Made by a program: the position numbers and the translations under genes. Of a stretch of 64,000 nt of DNA, positions 9,211-20,433 are shown in pieces (the first letter of the stretch is position 1; the number at the start of each line of letters is the position of its first letter). Below the pieces are notes generated by a model that did no database searches, was not told where the DNA came from, and worked only from the letters and a program-made list of their open reading frames with translations. Location of the stretch: contig JACPNJ010000005.1 in the NCBI GenBank assembly GCA_016185545.1, positions 4,549-68,548 on the forward strand, read 5' to 3'. Source of the stretch: Candidatus Yanofskybacteria bacterium. Lineage in GTDB: Bacteria; Patescibacteriota; Minisyncoccia; 2-02-FULL-40-12; IGHO2-01-FULL-4-A.

Positions 9211-10185
9211 CTAAAGATTTTTTTTGAAATCTTCAATCATTAAGATGTCTTTTGGGTCTATGCCGTAATATTTAGCAAGGAAGTGCGAGGTCCACATGGC
9301 AGTTAAGATACCGGCAAGAGATTTGTGCCAAAGAGATGGACCAGTTAAATCAATTGGTAAAACCATAAATCCCCTATCTTCAAAAATTTTCTTTGTTGCC
9401 GTAATTCTTTTTTGTATTTGAGGTTTATCATCGGGGTCGTTAAGAAAAATAAAAGAGAATTTTTGATTTAATTTGCCATCAAAAATTTTAGAATCAAACC
9501 CGGCCATTTCATTATGATTCAATTCTGGTACGAAATTATAAAACGCCGGAAGTTTTACCGTTTCGTTAAAATTGATTTTCCAATATCTTGCCAGTCCGGC
9601 ATTTATTCCGGAAGAATAAATGAGGGGTATCCTATTTTGCAATTTTTCTGCCAATTCTCTGCCTATCCGTTCATAATCATCAACATCGAGCAATCTTGTT
9701 TCACTGTTAATAATTTTATTAAGTATCATCTCTTCGCCCAGTGCCTTCAAAGTTGCATTGATGCTGTAGCCGATTGCAAATCGCGGGTTGCCGTCAATTT
9801 TGGGAATCTGGATGTAGGGCATTTTTTTTTCTTGAGCTATTTCCAATAACTTGCCGGAAGCGGCTATTACGATGAAAGGCAAGCCGTGTACTCGCGCCTC
9901 TTGTAATGCACTGTTCGTCTCTTCCGTATTGCCGGAATAAGAACTTGCAATAACTAAATAATTTTTTAATTGTGTTTCATCTATTTCTGGCAAACCATAA
10001 TCTCTATGGATAATAAGGTCAAGCTTCGGTTTCCAGCTCTTTATAATTCCCGCCGCCAAATTAGATCCGCCCATACCGCAAACGATAAACCTGTTGCGTT
10101 TCTGAAAATTGCCGGCATTTTCTATAAATGGTTCATATTCAAATTGTTTGCTGAAATTTTTAACAATGTCTTCTAGCATAATCAT
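9211..10185 (-). CDS. SIS-domain bifunctional phosphoglucose/phosphomannose isomerase
   Basis: CGMGGSNLAAGII SIS motif; overall length and pattern fit the archaeal-type PGI/PMI family. Confidence 0.7.
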   Translation of the reverse strand: MIMLEDIVKNFSKQFEYEPFIENAGNFQKRNRFIVCGMGGSNLAAGIIKSWKPKLDLIIHRDYGLPEIDETQLKNYLVIASSYSGNTEETNSALQEARVHGLPFIVIAASGKLLEIAQEKKMPYIQIPKIDGNPRFAIGYSINATLKALGEEMILNKIINSETRLLDVDDYERIGRELAEKLQNRIPLIYSSGINAGLARYWKINFNETVKLPAFYNFVPELNHNEMAGFDSKIFDGKLNQKFSFIFLNDPDDKPQIQKRITATKKIFEDRGFMVLPIDLTGPSLWHKSLAGILTAMWTSHFLAKYYGIDPKDILMIEDFKKNL

Positions 10186-10284
10186 ATTTTAACAGTAGAA
10201 ATTCTCTAACGCAAACCGCGGCTGTTCAGTCGCGGTTTGCTGATCATAAACTAGTTACCAGTTACTAATTGCTAACCGCCAGTT

Positions 10285-11913
<1,629 letters not shown>

Positions 11914-11920
11914 TTAAAAA

Positions 11921-12045
11921 TTCGAATATCAAAATTCGAAATTCGAAACAAATTCGAAACGTTTTAAACATTCGAATTTTGGTCATTTGATATTGTTTCG
12001 GATTTCGTGATTCGGATTCCGAGTTTTATTAGAAATTAGAAATTA
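11921..12045. repeat. MITE-like element with (aaattcgaa)n left arm and (ttcggattt)n right arm, in the groES-groEL spacer
   Basis: Imperfect inverted arms; a closely related copy lies in frame inside uvrC (25919-26035) and shares a 22-nt identical core, attcgaatatcaaaattcgaaa. Confidence 0.5.
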
Positions 12046-12059
12046 AGCAATTATCGAAT

Positions 12060-12347
12060 TCATTCGATAATTGCAAGTATATTCTCCTCTTTAGCTATCA
12101 AATACTCTTTACCGTCGATCTTAATTTCATCTGGTCCGTATTTGGTAAATAAAACCTTATCGCCTTTTTTAACATTCAACGATACTTTTTTGCCGTTTTC
12201 ATCTATGCGTCCCGAGCCCACGGCGATCACACGGCCTTTTTCTGGCCGCTCTTTATCAATAGTTTCGGGCAATATTATTCCGCCCTTCTTTTTTTCTTCA
12301 TAGAGCGGCTCTATCAGAACACGATCAGCTAACGGTTTAATACGCAT
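12060..12347 (-). CDS. groES: co-chaperonin GroES
   Basis: MRIKPLADRVLIEP...GGIILPE...VIAVG. Confidence 0.95.
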   Translation of the reverse strand: MRIKPLADRVLIEPLYEEKKKGGIILPETIDKERPEKGRVIAVGSGRIDENGKKVSLNVKKGDKVLFTKYGPDEIKIDGKEYLIAKEENILAIIE

Positions 12348-12360
12348 ACAAATAAGGTGC

Positions 12361-12431
12361 TAGGGACTAGGGACTAGTTGCTAGCTTTAAATCCGAAACC
12401 TAGAACCTAAAACCTAAAACCTAGAACCTGG
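12361..12431. repeat. Heptamer tandem arrays (tagggac x2.4; aacctag/aacctaa x5) in the groES upstream region
   Basis: Direct head-to-tail 7-mers between the CIRCE element and the groES start. Confidence 0.85.
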
Positions 12432-12434
12432 TTT

Positions 12435-12461
12435 TTAGCACTTTCAGCCCAAGAGTGCCAA
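12435..12461. promoter_or_regulatory. CIRCE-like HrcA operator (TTAGCACTT-N9-GAGTGCCAA)
   Basis: Matches the CIRCE consensus TTAGCACTC-N9-GAGTGCTAA at 16 of 18 positions, upstream of groES. Confidence 0.7.
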
Positions 12462-12487
12462 TACACCATATTTGCAAAAAACAAAAA

Positions 12488-12506
12488 CCCCGTCAAGAGC
12501 GGGGCT
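12488..12506 (-). terminator. rho-independent terminator of the protease gene
   Basis: On the minus strand: ccccgctcttgacgggg followed by tttttgtttttt. Confidence 0.6.
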
Positions 12507-12513
12507 TGTGGCA

Positions 12514-14340
12514 TCAAAAAGGCCAAAACTTCCTTTTTTTCTTCTGTTGCGTCTGTTGGGATTCGGTTTGGGGCGGCATCAATGTTAAAACCAAATACTT
12601 GTTTCCTTTTATCAAATAATTTTTGCTTGGCAGGTTAATTTTAGACAAAATTTCTATAATTGGCGCTTTAGTCGGTTGAGCTTTCCAGCCGTCGGTTAAA
12701 TTATTACTGTCCATTTTTTCCATACCTTCTTTATTCGATATTACGGCCGGCGTTTTATTTCCATCGAGTGTCGGCGCTATTTTCGTTAATAGCGGAGTAT
12801 CCGGATCACTGCCATATCCACTGCCCAAAGAAATAACTAGCGCGGTCAGTTTATCGGGTTTTGGAATGTCTTCTCCATCCATAAAATACAAATAGAGCGC
12901 GTTTCTATCAGATACGCTGTTAAGCAAATTAACCGTACTTCCGTTTGAGCCCAAGCCGGATAAAATTTTAGAAGCGATTTCGCCGCCGTTAGCAATTCCC
13001 AGTTTTTTACCAAGATATTTTTTATCAACAGTTATATTGAAAGTATTCGTAAAAAATTCTCCGTTTCCAGCAAGTAAATTGATTTTTAAATCAAGGCCAT
13101 TCTTATTTTCCGTTATGCTTTCTATTTCTGCCTTTTTAAATTCAAGGATTTCATATTTTGGCCGGGCGCTTAATATCACCGCAATGTTTTTAATGTTTGA
13201 GATTACCGCGCTTTTGCTGAAAGTATCAATTAAGTCACCAACGGCCGATAATTCTTCGGAAGAACCAGCAAAATAAATTTGCGTCAAACCGGAGATGTCT
13301 ATACGAACTTGGGCCTCAGTATCCAATACATTATCAATTAAACGTTCCGTGCCGGATAATGTTCTGGAAATATTCGTGCCCATATTCGGCGTATAAGCAA
13401 AGAGATATTCTCTTGTCAAAGTCCCTCTAAAATTATTTTCTATGCTTATTGTCAACGGGATAAACGGCGGTGTTACCCCAAATTTTGCGACTTGACCAAA
13501 TGGGCTATTAAAAATTACCGTTCCCAGCATTGGCCCAGTTTTTTTCAATAATTTTTGTGATAATGCAAAGCTTGGCATTGTGGTTATGACCTCGGCCTTC
13601 CAGAAAGGAACACTCACGATGCCGCTTTGACTCAATCCCGAATGTCCAAGAGAATAGAAAATCCCTGAGTTTTTAGAATCAACCAAAGTTACGGTACCGC
13701 CAGGGCCGATACAAAAATCAGAATTGTCATCCCAAACTTCACAAGCCATGTAACTTTCCCCGGCTTTTAGTTGGCGCACATTATGGGGCATGGCAAAGCC
13801 CTTTCTAAAAAATCCCGCATTCGGTAAACTATCTAAAAAATTATTTAAAGAATCCAAAGCGGTAGTTCTAAAATTAACCATTAGTTCGATAGGTGTAACT
13901 AGGGCTTGGGGCTTTTTCAAAAACTGGCCTGTTATTGCTAATGCCCCGATTATTTTATCATCAATGTAAAGTGGACTGCCTGACATACCGCCGAAAACAT
14001 TGCCGTCTTTGATAATTTCCACGCCATTTTCATCCGTTGGGCCGCCGGATAGAGTTACGACGAAGTATTTGGCAAAACCAAAATCCAAGATTCCCGAAAC
14101 CTTAAAATTAAATCTCTCGGGTTCTTCGCCCCTAAAAACCGTCAAGCCATAACCCATATCGCCGCGCTTAATTTGATTAAATGGCAAAATTTCTTGTGCA
14201 TTCGCCGCTTCCAAAAAAGGTAAAAGAATAATTAAGAATACTAACAAAAAAAATATACCGAAACGAAATAAACTTGTCCGAATAGACATCGGCTCATGCA
14301 CGGGCGACCAGAATCTCAAAAAACGGCCAAATTGCGACAT
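12514..14340 (-). CDS. membrane-anchored trypsin-like serine peptidase
   Basis: N-terminal TM; GGMSGSPLY (GDSGGP-like Ser motif); long C-terminal extension. Confidence 0.6.
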   Translation of the reverse strand: MSQFGRFLRFWSPVHEPMSIRTSLFRFGIFFLLVFLIILLPFLEAANAQEILPFNQIKRGDMGYGLTVFRGEEPERFNFKVSGILDFGFAKYFVVTLSGGPTDENGVEIIKDGNVFGGMSGSPLYIDDKIIGALAITGQFLKKPQALVTPIELMVNFRTTALDSLNNFLDSLPNAGFFRKGFAMPHNVRQLKAGESYMACEVWDDNSDFCIGPGGTVTLVDSKNSGIFYSLGHSGLSQSGIVSVPFWKAEVITTMPSFALSQKLLKKTGPMLGTVIFNSPFGQVAKFGVTPPFIPLTISIENNFRGTLTREYLFAYTPNMGTNISRTLSGTERLIDNVLDTEAQVRIDISGLTQIYFAGSSEELSAVGDLIDTFSKSAVISNIKNIAVILSARPKYEILEFKKAEIESITENKNGLDLKINLLAGNGEFFTNTFNITVDKKYLGKKLGIANGGEIASKILSGLGSNGSTVNLLNSVSDRNALYLYFMDGEDIPKPDKLTALVISLGSGYGSDPDTPLLTKIAPTLDGNKTPAVISNKEGMEKMDSNNLTDGWKAQPTKAPIIEILSKINLPSKNYLIKGNKYLVLTLMPPQTESQQTQQKKKRKFWPF

Positions 14341-14417
14341 AAAAACTCCCTTAAAATTTAAATGTACTTTATTAATAGACTACTCTTGAAAGAAATTTTT
14401 GTCCAATTTCGGAGAAT

Positions 14418-15419
14418 CTACTGCGTGGTCAACCCGGAGTCTTTTTCTATTGCCAGTTGTGGTAAATTTAGTTTTAGCATTCGCTCGTTGTAATCCTTAA
14501 TTATTCGCATCTCTATTGAATGCGGATGAAATTCCAGCTGTTCATCAGTAAAAATCACACGCCCGCCAGTCTGATGACTCACGGGGTTGTGCGCGATGCG
14601 CCGCGATTGATAATGGCCAAACCATTTTTCCAAAACTCTAGCAATGCCGAAGTTATCAAGTAACCATTCAGTCAACTTCACCAAGAATTGAGAAGTTGAG
14701 CTTCTCAAACGAAGCTCAACTTCTTTATTTTCAATATCCCACTCGCAAACATAATCAAGCACCCAACCATTGGCTTTCTTGAAGTCATCTATTAATTCAC
14801 TATCACTGACAAAAATTGGCACGAGATTGGCATAGGTTTGGGCATTATAAATACTTTTGTGGGGAATACTCAGCGATTTATCTGTTATGTAATGGTTGAG
14901 GCAGATTTTATTAGGCGCAATCTTGTCATTGCCACGGCGACGCACGCGCAGGAGTGATAATAAGCCGGTTATGAAAAAGCGTGTCAGCCAGATTCGGCCA
15001 TGTTTAATAATGACTAAAACGTCCAGGTCGCTTAGCTCATCCATATTTCTCATGGCTAATGACCCTGAAGCAAAAACCACTTTTACATATGGTACTAAGT
15101 GTAGCCACCAAACGGCACGCTTGGTAATCTGCCATTTTCGTTGAGCGATTTTTTCACGCTTTATTCGCAATGGCACCAGATATTCCCGGTCAAATAGAAA
15201 ATAGTAACCCTCGCGTAAGCCAATGACTCCCTCCAAAATTAATTGGTCAAGTTCTCGAGAGACAGTGGACAGTGGACAGTAGACAGTGGACAGTAGGCTA
15301 ATGCCTAGATGTTGAAAATTTATCAAGTAATTAAAAACTTCTTCCATTTTCAACGGGAAATCAAAAACATCGTAATAGGTAAGGGTTGCCAGGATATTTT
15401 TTTTAAATTCGGACACCAT
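14418..15419 (-). CDS. nucleotidyltransferase-domain protein (hypothetical)
   Basis: GSLAMRNMDELSDLDVLV Pol-beta-type NTase motif; contains two in-frame repeat insertions. Confidence 0.5.
   Translation of the reverse strand: MVSEFKKNILATLTYYDVFDFPLKMEEVFNYLINFQHLGISLLSTVYCPLSTVSRELDQLILEGVIGLREGYYFLFDREYLVPLRIKREKIAQRKWQITKRAVWWLHLVPYVKVVFASGSLAMRNMDELSDLDVLVIIKHGRIWLTRFFITGLLSLLRVRRRGNDKIAPNKICLNHYITDKSLSIPHKSIYNAQTYANLVPIFVSDSELIDDFKKANGWVLDYVCEWDIENKEVELRLRSSTSQFLVKLTEWLLDNFGIARVLEKWFGHYQSRRIAHNPVSHQTGGRVIFTDEQLEFHPHSIEMRIIKDYNERMLKLNLPQLAIEKDSGLTTQ
14691..14724. repeat. In-frame palindromic element agaagttgagcttctcaaacgaagctcaacttct
   Basis: Near-perfect 14-bp arms; same family as the elements in murC and trpS; encodes EVELRLRSSTS. 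Confidence 0.8.
15261..15295. repeat. Heptamer tandem array (gacagtg/gacagta)x5 inside the NTase coding sequence
   Basis: Five head-to-tail 7-mers encoding STVYCPLSTV. Confidence 0.9.
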
Positions 15420-15561
15420 TAAAACATTAGCAAATATGCGTTACAAAAACAAAAACTGTTTTAGCGAGTAATCCGATCCTGTTTTTGGAATCAAATTAAA
15501 AAGCCCGCTATTTGCGGACTTGTTATCTAATCACTAAGGGACTAATCACCATAAACTAGTT

Positions 15562-15846
15562 TCAGCTCTGGCACTTGGGCTTGCATTCGCACATATATCT
15601 TTTACAGTGGTTAGTGCATTTGGGGTCTTCACCTTGCGGTTTGCAGTTAGGATATTTTGGGTCATTTGGATTGGCATTTCCCCAGCATGTGCAGTTGGGT
15701 TTCTGGCCGTCTTTTGTAAAATTATGACATTTGGCCTTTCCATCCTGTGGCGGAGTGGGCGCCGGTCCTTCTTGGGAAAGAGCCAGACCAAAGAAAAGAA
15801 ATGAAGCCGCAACCAAAATCAAAGTTTGCCGTTTAGCATGTTTCAT
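15562..15846 (-). CDS. small secreted cysteine-rich protein (10 Cys)
   Basis: Signal peptide, AGGAGG-type RBS 8 nt upstream, C-x-C spacing pattern; no family recognised. Confidence 0.5.
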   Translation of the reverse strand: MKHAKRQTLILVAASFLFFGLALSQEGPAPTPPQDGKAKCHNFTKDGQKPNCTCWGNANPNDPKYPNCKPQGEDPKCTNHCKRYMCECKPKCQS

Positions 15847-15926
15847 ACATCCTCCTTTTTGTAAAAGAAACTATTGAAATAAGTTTAGCAATACCCGGCT
15901 GCCTGGTCAAATCGCTGGTGGGTAAA

Positions 15927-17033
15927 TCAAATCCTCCAAATCGTTATCAGCAACAACATTATTGCTGGTATGGCCAGTATTTCCCACCAGATATCCCGGC
16001 TCTCGTCTGAAGCAACCAGGCGTGGCGAGAAATTACGATTTGAATTTACGGTATTTTTAAGAAAATTCTGCGCATCGCGGACGCTAGCGGCAGAATCAAT
16101 AACATATGACTCTCCGCCGGTTTTGGCGGCAATTTCATTGAGCGCTCGCATTTCGAGTTTTGTTTCAGCAGCTTTTTTAGTTTCTTTAACTGTTTTATCC
16201 GGATTCTTGGGGTCGTAGGCTTCTATGATGATTTTTTTGCTTCCTTGGGTACCAATGCCAACTGAATAAATTTTTATTTTTCTTTTTTTTAATTCTTCAA
16301 TCCCCAATCTAAGGTCAGCGCTTTCCGTATCGTGGCCATCGCTGAATAAAAACACAATCCTGTTATTTTTAAACCAAGGAATTCCTAACATCTTGGCTTT
16401 TTTTTCAAAAAAACTGTCTTTATCTATAACTTTGGATATATATTCAATCGTATTTGCAAGGTTCGTGTTCAGTTGCGAATCTTCCCAATAAACCTGAGGG
16501 TGCGAGACTTCCATGATTTGAGACCTGAAAATGTTAAAATCTTCAGAAAACGGCATTCGCCAAAAAGAATGGGTTCCAAAAACTAATAAAGTTACACGAT
16601 CCCCGGTTCCCATTGTTTTGCTATCAATAAATTCAGCAATTACCGATTTTATGACATCCAGCCGTGTTTTGCCGTCTATATCATCGACTTTTGTTGAAAA
16701 TGAACTGTCAATTATAAACCCGACATCTATACTGCCGCCGGGAATTAATTTCATTCCTTTGTTTATTTTTGGACCAGCCAGAGCGACCACTGATAAAGTG
16801 CAAATCATCAGTGCCGCGACCCAGACAGCATCTTTACCGAAAAGTCGGTATCTGGAATATTTAGATTTGGGCGGACGATTAATTAACTTTATAACCAAGA
16901 TAAGTATCAGTACTGCGGCAAGGGCCCATATGATGTTCAAAAAAATAAAATAAACCGGCTCTGAAAAATACAAATTTTCAAACCAATGCCTGATACTGCT
17001 GTTCATCATGCGGCTACCCCCCTCTTTTGGCAT
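15927..17033 (-). CDS. VWA-domain membrane protein (BatA-like)
   Basis: N-terminal TM; MIDAS motif DSSFS in VGFIIDSSFSTKVDD. Confidence 0.7.
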   Translation of the reverse strand: MPKEGGSRMMNSSIRHWFENLYFSEPVYFIFLNIIWALAAVLILILVIKLINRPPKSKYSRYRLFGKDAVWVAALMICTLSVVALAGPKINKGMKLIPGGSIDVGFIIDSSFSTKVDDIDGKTRLDVIKSVIAEFIDSKTMGTGDRVTLLVFGTHSFWRMPFSEDFNIFRSQIMEVSHPQVYWEDSQLNTNLANTIEYISKVIDKDSFFEKKAKMLGIPWFKNNRIVFLFSDGHDTESADLRLGIEELKKRKIKIYSVGIGTQGSKKIIIEAYDPKNPDKTVKETKKAAETKLEMRALNEIAAKTGGESYVIDSAASVRDAQNFLKNTVNSNRNFSPRLVASDESRDIWWEILAIPAIMLLLITIWRI

Positions 17034-17775
17034 CCGGGTTTGGGCTTTGGCTTGGCTTATCGCCGCCTTTTTTATCCAAATCCAGAGTTCCTTTGCCTTC
17101 GGGACCCTCGCCTTTATCGCCTTTCGGTCCTTTGTCTTTGCCGCCTTCGCCTAAAACAACTTTGATTTTGATGGGTTTAGGGCCGAGAGCGCGAGCCATA
17201 GCCGATGGGTCGGCAGTAAGGTCGTAATTCCATTTCGGCGGAAGGGTTGAAGCGGGATCGTTTTTAATAACCCACTCATAGTCATCTTTGGTTGAAGCTG
17301 CCATTTCTATGGACTGTTTCTGATCGGCTGTTCTGGTTTTTTCATCTTTATTTTTATCCAGTGATTTCTCAAAAATACCTTGAGCGATTCGCCATCTGCA
17401 GTTGGCTCGCATATAACGTCCCCAATAACTGTCATCATCTTTGAGTTCATTCAGTATTTTTTCACATCTACCATGACCGGTTAAGTAATCATAAGCAGAT
17501 TGGTAATGTTGAGCGTTTTTGAAAAAACGTTCATTAATCACACCGTCTAGTCCCAACGGTCGGAGTTTCTTATTGAGTTCGTAAAAATATTGAAGGTTTT
17601 GCAGGTAATCTCTGGCGGCTAATTGGTCGCTGCGGGTAATCGCGCCGCTAAAAGCGTCCTGGGTTTCATAAAATTGGCTGACCCTGTAAAAAACAATGGT
17701 CAATAAAGAAAAAACAGCCAATACGATAACTGCCAAGAAAACACGGGGAATCGTAAACCATTTTGCTTTTTCCAC
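17014..17775 (-). CDS. hypothetical membrane protein in the Bat-like operon
   Basis: N-terminal TM; G/K/D-rich low-complexity C-terminus. Confidence 0.4.
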   Translation of the reverse strand: MEKAKWFTIPRVFLAVIVLAVFSLLTIVFYRVSQFYETQDAFSGAITRSDQLAARDYLQNLQYFYELNKKLRPLGLDGVINERFFKNAQHYQSAYDYLTGHGRCEKILNELKDDDSYWGRYMRANCRWRIAQGIFEKSLDKNKDEKTRTADQKQSIEMAASTKDDYEWVIKNDPASTLPPKWNYDLTADPSAMARALGPKPIKIKVVLGEGGKDKGPKGDKGEGPEGKGTLDLDKKGGDKPSQSPNPDAKRGG

Positions 17776-17973
17776 GGTTTGTCTCCTTTGGGCGACCCGA
17801 TCTGTGGTTTAGCCCTTCCATTCAATTGTAAAAGTCCTTTGCTGTCAGGCTATAACCAAATAAAACATTTGTCCACCCCGTACGAGGCAGAGGCACGCTG
17901 TATGCCCTCGCGGCCTCGTTCGGGGTCCAGCATATTATTGGCAGGAAATTAAAAAGCAGCTTTTGCTGCTTAT

Positions 17974-19152
17974 TTAAACTACCCTGTGGAATTTCAAAAA
18001 TATCACTCTAGCCAGAATTGCAAGGGTGTAGAGCAAAAACGAAGCAACTAACGGCAGACGGTAAATGTGCTGTTCGGTGGTGTAGTTTTTGACTTCTACG
18101 ACTGCGGCGTGAAGGCGGTCAAGCCGCTGGCGTATTTGGTCCAGTGATGAACGATTGGTTGCGATAAAATATTCACCGCCGTATTGCTTTACTTGTTTTA
18201 ACAATTGTTCCGGCAGTTTTAGTTGCGGCGAATTTTCGCCGTGAATCTTTTTTTCTGATTCTTTATCGGGATCAATAAACACCAGATATGGAGTAATACC
18301 CCGCTTTTTCAGTTCCTTAAACTTCGTCTCAGGGTCGCGGTCGGACGCGCCGTCAGTCGCAATTATGACTGATCTTCTTTTAATGGATGGATTCTTTTTA
18401 GCTTCTTCGGTAATTTTGGGATCGCCTTTTTCGTCAAAAAGCTTGATAACTGTCCCGAGTCCTAGAAAAAGATCGGACTCGCCGCCAAACAGCTCCGGCA
18501 TAAAGTCGTTAACAATAAAAATCCCCTTGTACATTTCGATTGTCGGCGTAGCAGGATCAGCAATGACTAATGGGCCGTCATCTACATTAAAAAGAAAACC
18601 CTTAACATCTGTCGTAAAATCCGCAACACGGTATGGATTGGTTGCGTAAATTATAAAAGCGGCCCTGTCATTTTTATCCTTGCGTTCGGCAATAAGCTTC
18701 AAAATGAAATCTCGTATAATTTCGGCTCTGCTTATTTGCTGGTTTTTAAACTTAAAACCCATTGAAGCCGAAACGTCTTCAAGATAGATAATTTCCCGCG
18801 ATTGTGTGGATTTATTCTGATGGCTCGACAAGACATATGGGTCAGCAATTGCAATCAGAAGTAATCCTGATGCTAAAACAACAAACATTATCGGGATAAA
18901 TCCCAAAATCTTGTACCAGAATCCCGGCTTATCCCGCTGTTTAAAATAGTGACCGGAGTGTTCATAAAAACTCTTTTCGTGTTCCGGATGAAAATAACGC
19001 CACAAGATTTTTAGCAAAAAGGCCGCTCCCAGCAGTATCGCGGCCCAGATTGCAAAACCCGCCTGCTTAAATTGAACCGCCGACCAATCGGTATTAAAAA
19101 AATTGGCCAGATTAAATTCAATCAGCTCACGAAGTGTGCCTAGTAAGTTCAT
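17974..19152 (-). CDS. VWA-domain membrane protein (BatB-like)
   Basis: Two N-terminal TMs; IIYLEDVSASMGF MIDAS motif. Confidence 0.65.
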   Translation of the reverse strand: MNLLGTLRELIEFNLANFFNTDWSAVQFKQAGFAIWAAILLGAAFLLKILWRYFHPEHEKSFYEHSGHYFKQRDKPGFWYKILGFIPIMFVVLASGLLLIAIADPYVLSSHQNKSTQSREIIYLEDVSASMGFKFKNQQISRAEIIRDFILKLIAERKDKNDRAAFIIYATNPYRVADFTTDVKGFLFNVDDGPLVIADPATPTIEMYKGIFIVNDFMPELFGGESDLFLGLGTVIKLFDEKGDPKITEEAKKNPSIKRRSVIIATDGASDRDPETKFKELKKRGITPYLVFIDPDKESEKKIHGENSPQLKLPEQLLKQVKQYGGEYFIATNRSSLDQIRQRLDRLHAAVVEVKNYTTEQHIYRLPLVASFLLYTLAILARVIFLKFHRVV

Positions 19153-20258
19153 CTGGCCCTCCGTGGTAATTTAGTAAACCACGCGGCTAATTTTTGCCAT
19201 CCCCGCTGTTTATTAAACAGCCAAATTTTCCAATCATCCAAATCGTCGACGTATTTCCTCATGGTAATTATTTCATTGGTTAGGCCGCTCTTGTTTTCTT
19301 CATGATGCAAAATATTTTCATGATATTCCAACCAGTTAGTTAGAATGACCAGCAATTCCCTTCCTCTTTCTTCTGATATTAGCGAAATCTTGCCTTTGAT
19401 TTCCTCGTAGGTAAACTCGCCCCTCCTAAGATCGGGAATATACAGTAAGAAAAACTTGCGTAGTTCATTACAAATTGCAGCTCTTGTTTCGCGTAATATT
19501 TGGTTGTCAGAATTTTCCGCAAGGCCCGCTTGCAACCAGAAAAGTTTATTGCTCAAGAATATCCGGGCGTATTTGGGCGCAAGCTGCTCTTCCTGTTCGT
19601 GGATTGCCTGGCCAGTAGTTTTTGTTTTGCCCGTTTTTCTTGCGGCATAGATAGCCGGCTTCCTAAACAGCCAAAAAAGAATCATGCTCGTGAGCAAGGC
19701 TAATCCGCCGATTAAACCTTTCCACAAATTTTCTTGACCCCTAAATGACCCAAAATCTACCCTATCCATAATATCATCGGCACCCTTGGTCAGAACGCTA
19801 TCATAGCGCAATATAATGCCGGGGGCTTTGACTTCTTTGGCTTCCGCTCCCTCATCAGACCTGCCCGGTTCTTGTTTTATGTAGTGAAAGGTCTGTTCAG
19901 AAATTTCTACTTCGCCTTTCTTCTCGTCAATATATCTGAGGTAATAAACGAGATCGGCGTAGTTCTCCTTTTTATATTTGCGTTCATTTATTTTTATGAG
20001 TTTTCGGCCTTTAACCGGATCTAGTTCAAAATGGTCGCCAAAAGACATATCCTCCGGTTCGGCCATTTCAAAAAGCGGTTTATACCCATCCAGCCAGCGA
20101 ACGGTATATGTTAGTTTGATTTCTTCCCAATTAGTAAAAACTGTCCTGTTGCTTATTGGTTGGTCGATAATGACTGGCATTTCTTCCTGCGCCATAGCCT
20201 GAATAATTATCGCCAGCCAAATGGCAATTAGCAACGTGAATTTTTTATGCTTTCTCAT
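19149..20258 (-). CDS. hypothetical secreted/membrane protein in the Bat-like operon
   Basis: Signal peptide plus an internal TM helix; no recognised motif. Confidence 0.4.
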   Translation of the reverse strand: MRKHKKFTLLIAIWLAIIIQAMAQEEMPVIIDQPISNRTVFTNWEEIKLTYTVRWLDGYKPLFEMAEPEDMSFGDHFELDPVKGRKLIKINERKYKKENYADLVYYLRYIDEKKGEVEISEQTFHYIKQEPGRSDEGAEAKEVKAPGIILRYDSVLTKGADDIMDRVDFGSFRGQENLWKGLIGGLALLTSMILFWLFRKPAIYAARKTGKTKTTGQAIHEQEEQLAPKYARIFLSNKLFWLQAGLAENSDNQILRETRAAICNELRKFFLLYIPDLRRGEFTYEEIKGKISLISEERGRELLVILTNWLEYHENILHHEENKSGLTNEIITMRKYVDDLDDWKIWLFNKQRGWQKLAAWFTKLPRRAR

Positions 20259-20433
20259 TGTCTTATTCCTTAATTGTCAAAGTCCTTTGTTGTAGCAAGA
20301 ATAAAACAGCTAATTTTCATAGTCAAGAGCTTCCCAAAATACAAAAGCAAGTTTTTGTATTTTGCTCATTCTCGGTAAAATAAAGCCCGACTAATAGTCG
20401 GGTTATTTAGACCCGCTCTTTTTAAGAGCGGCA

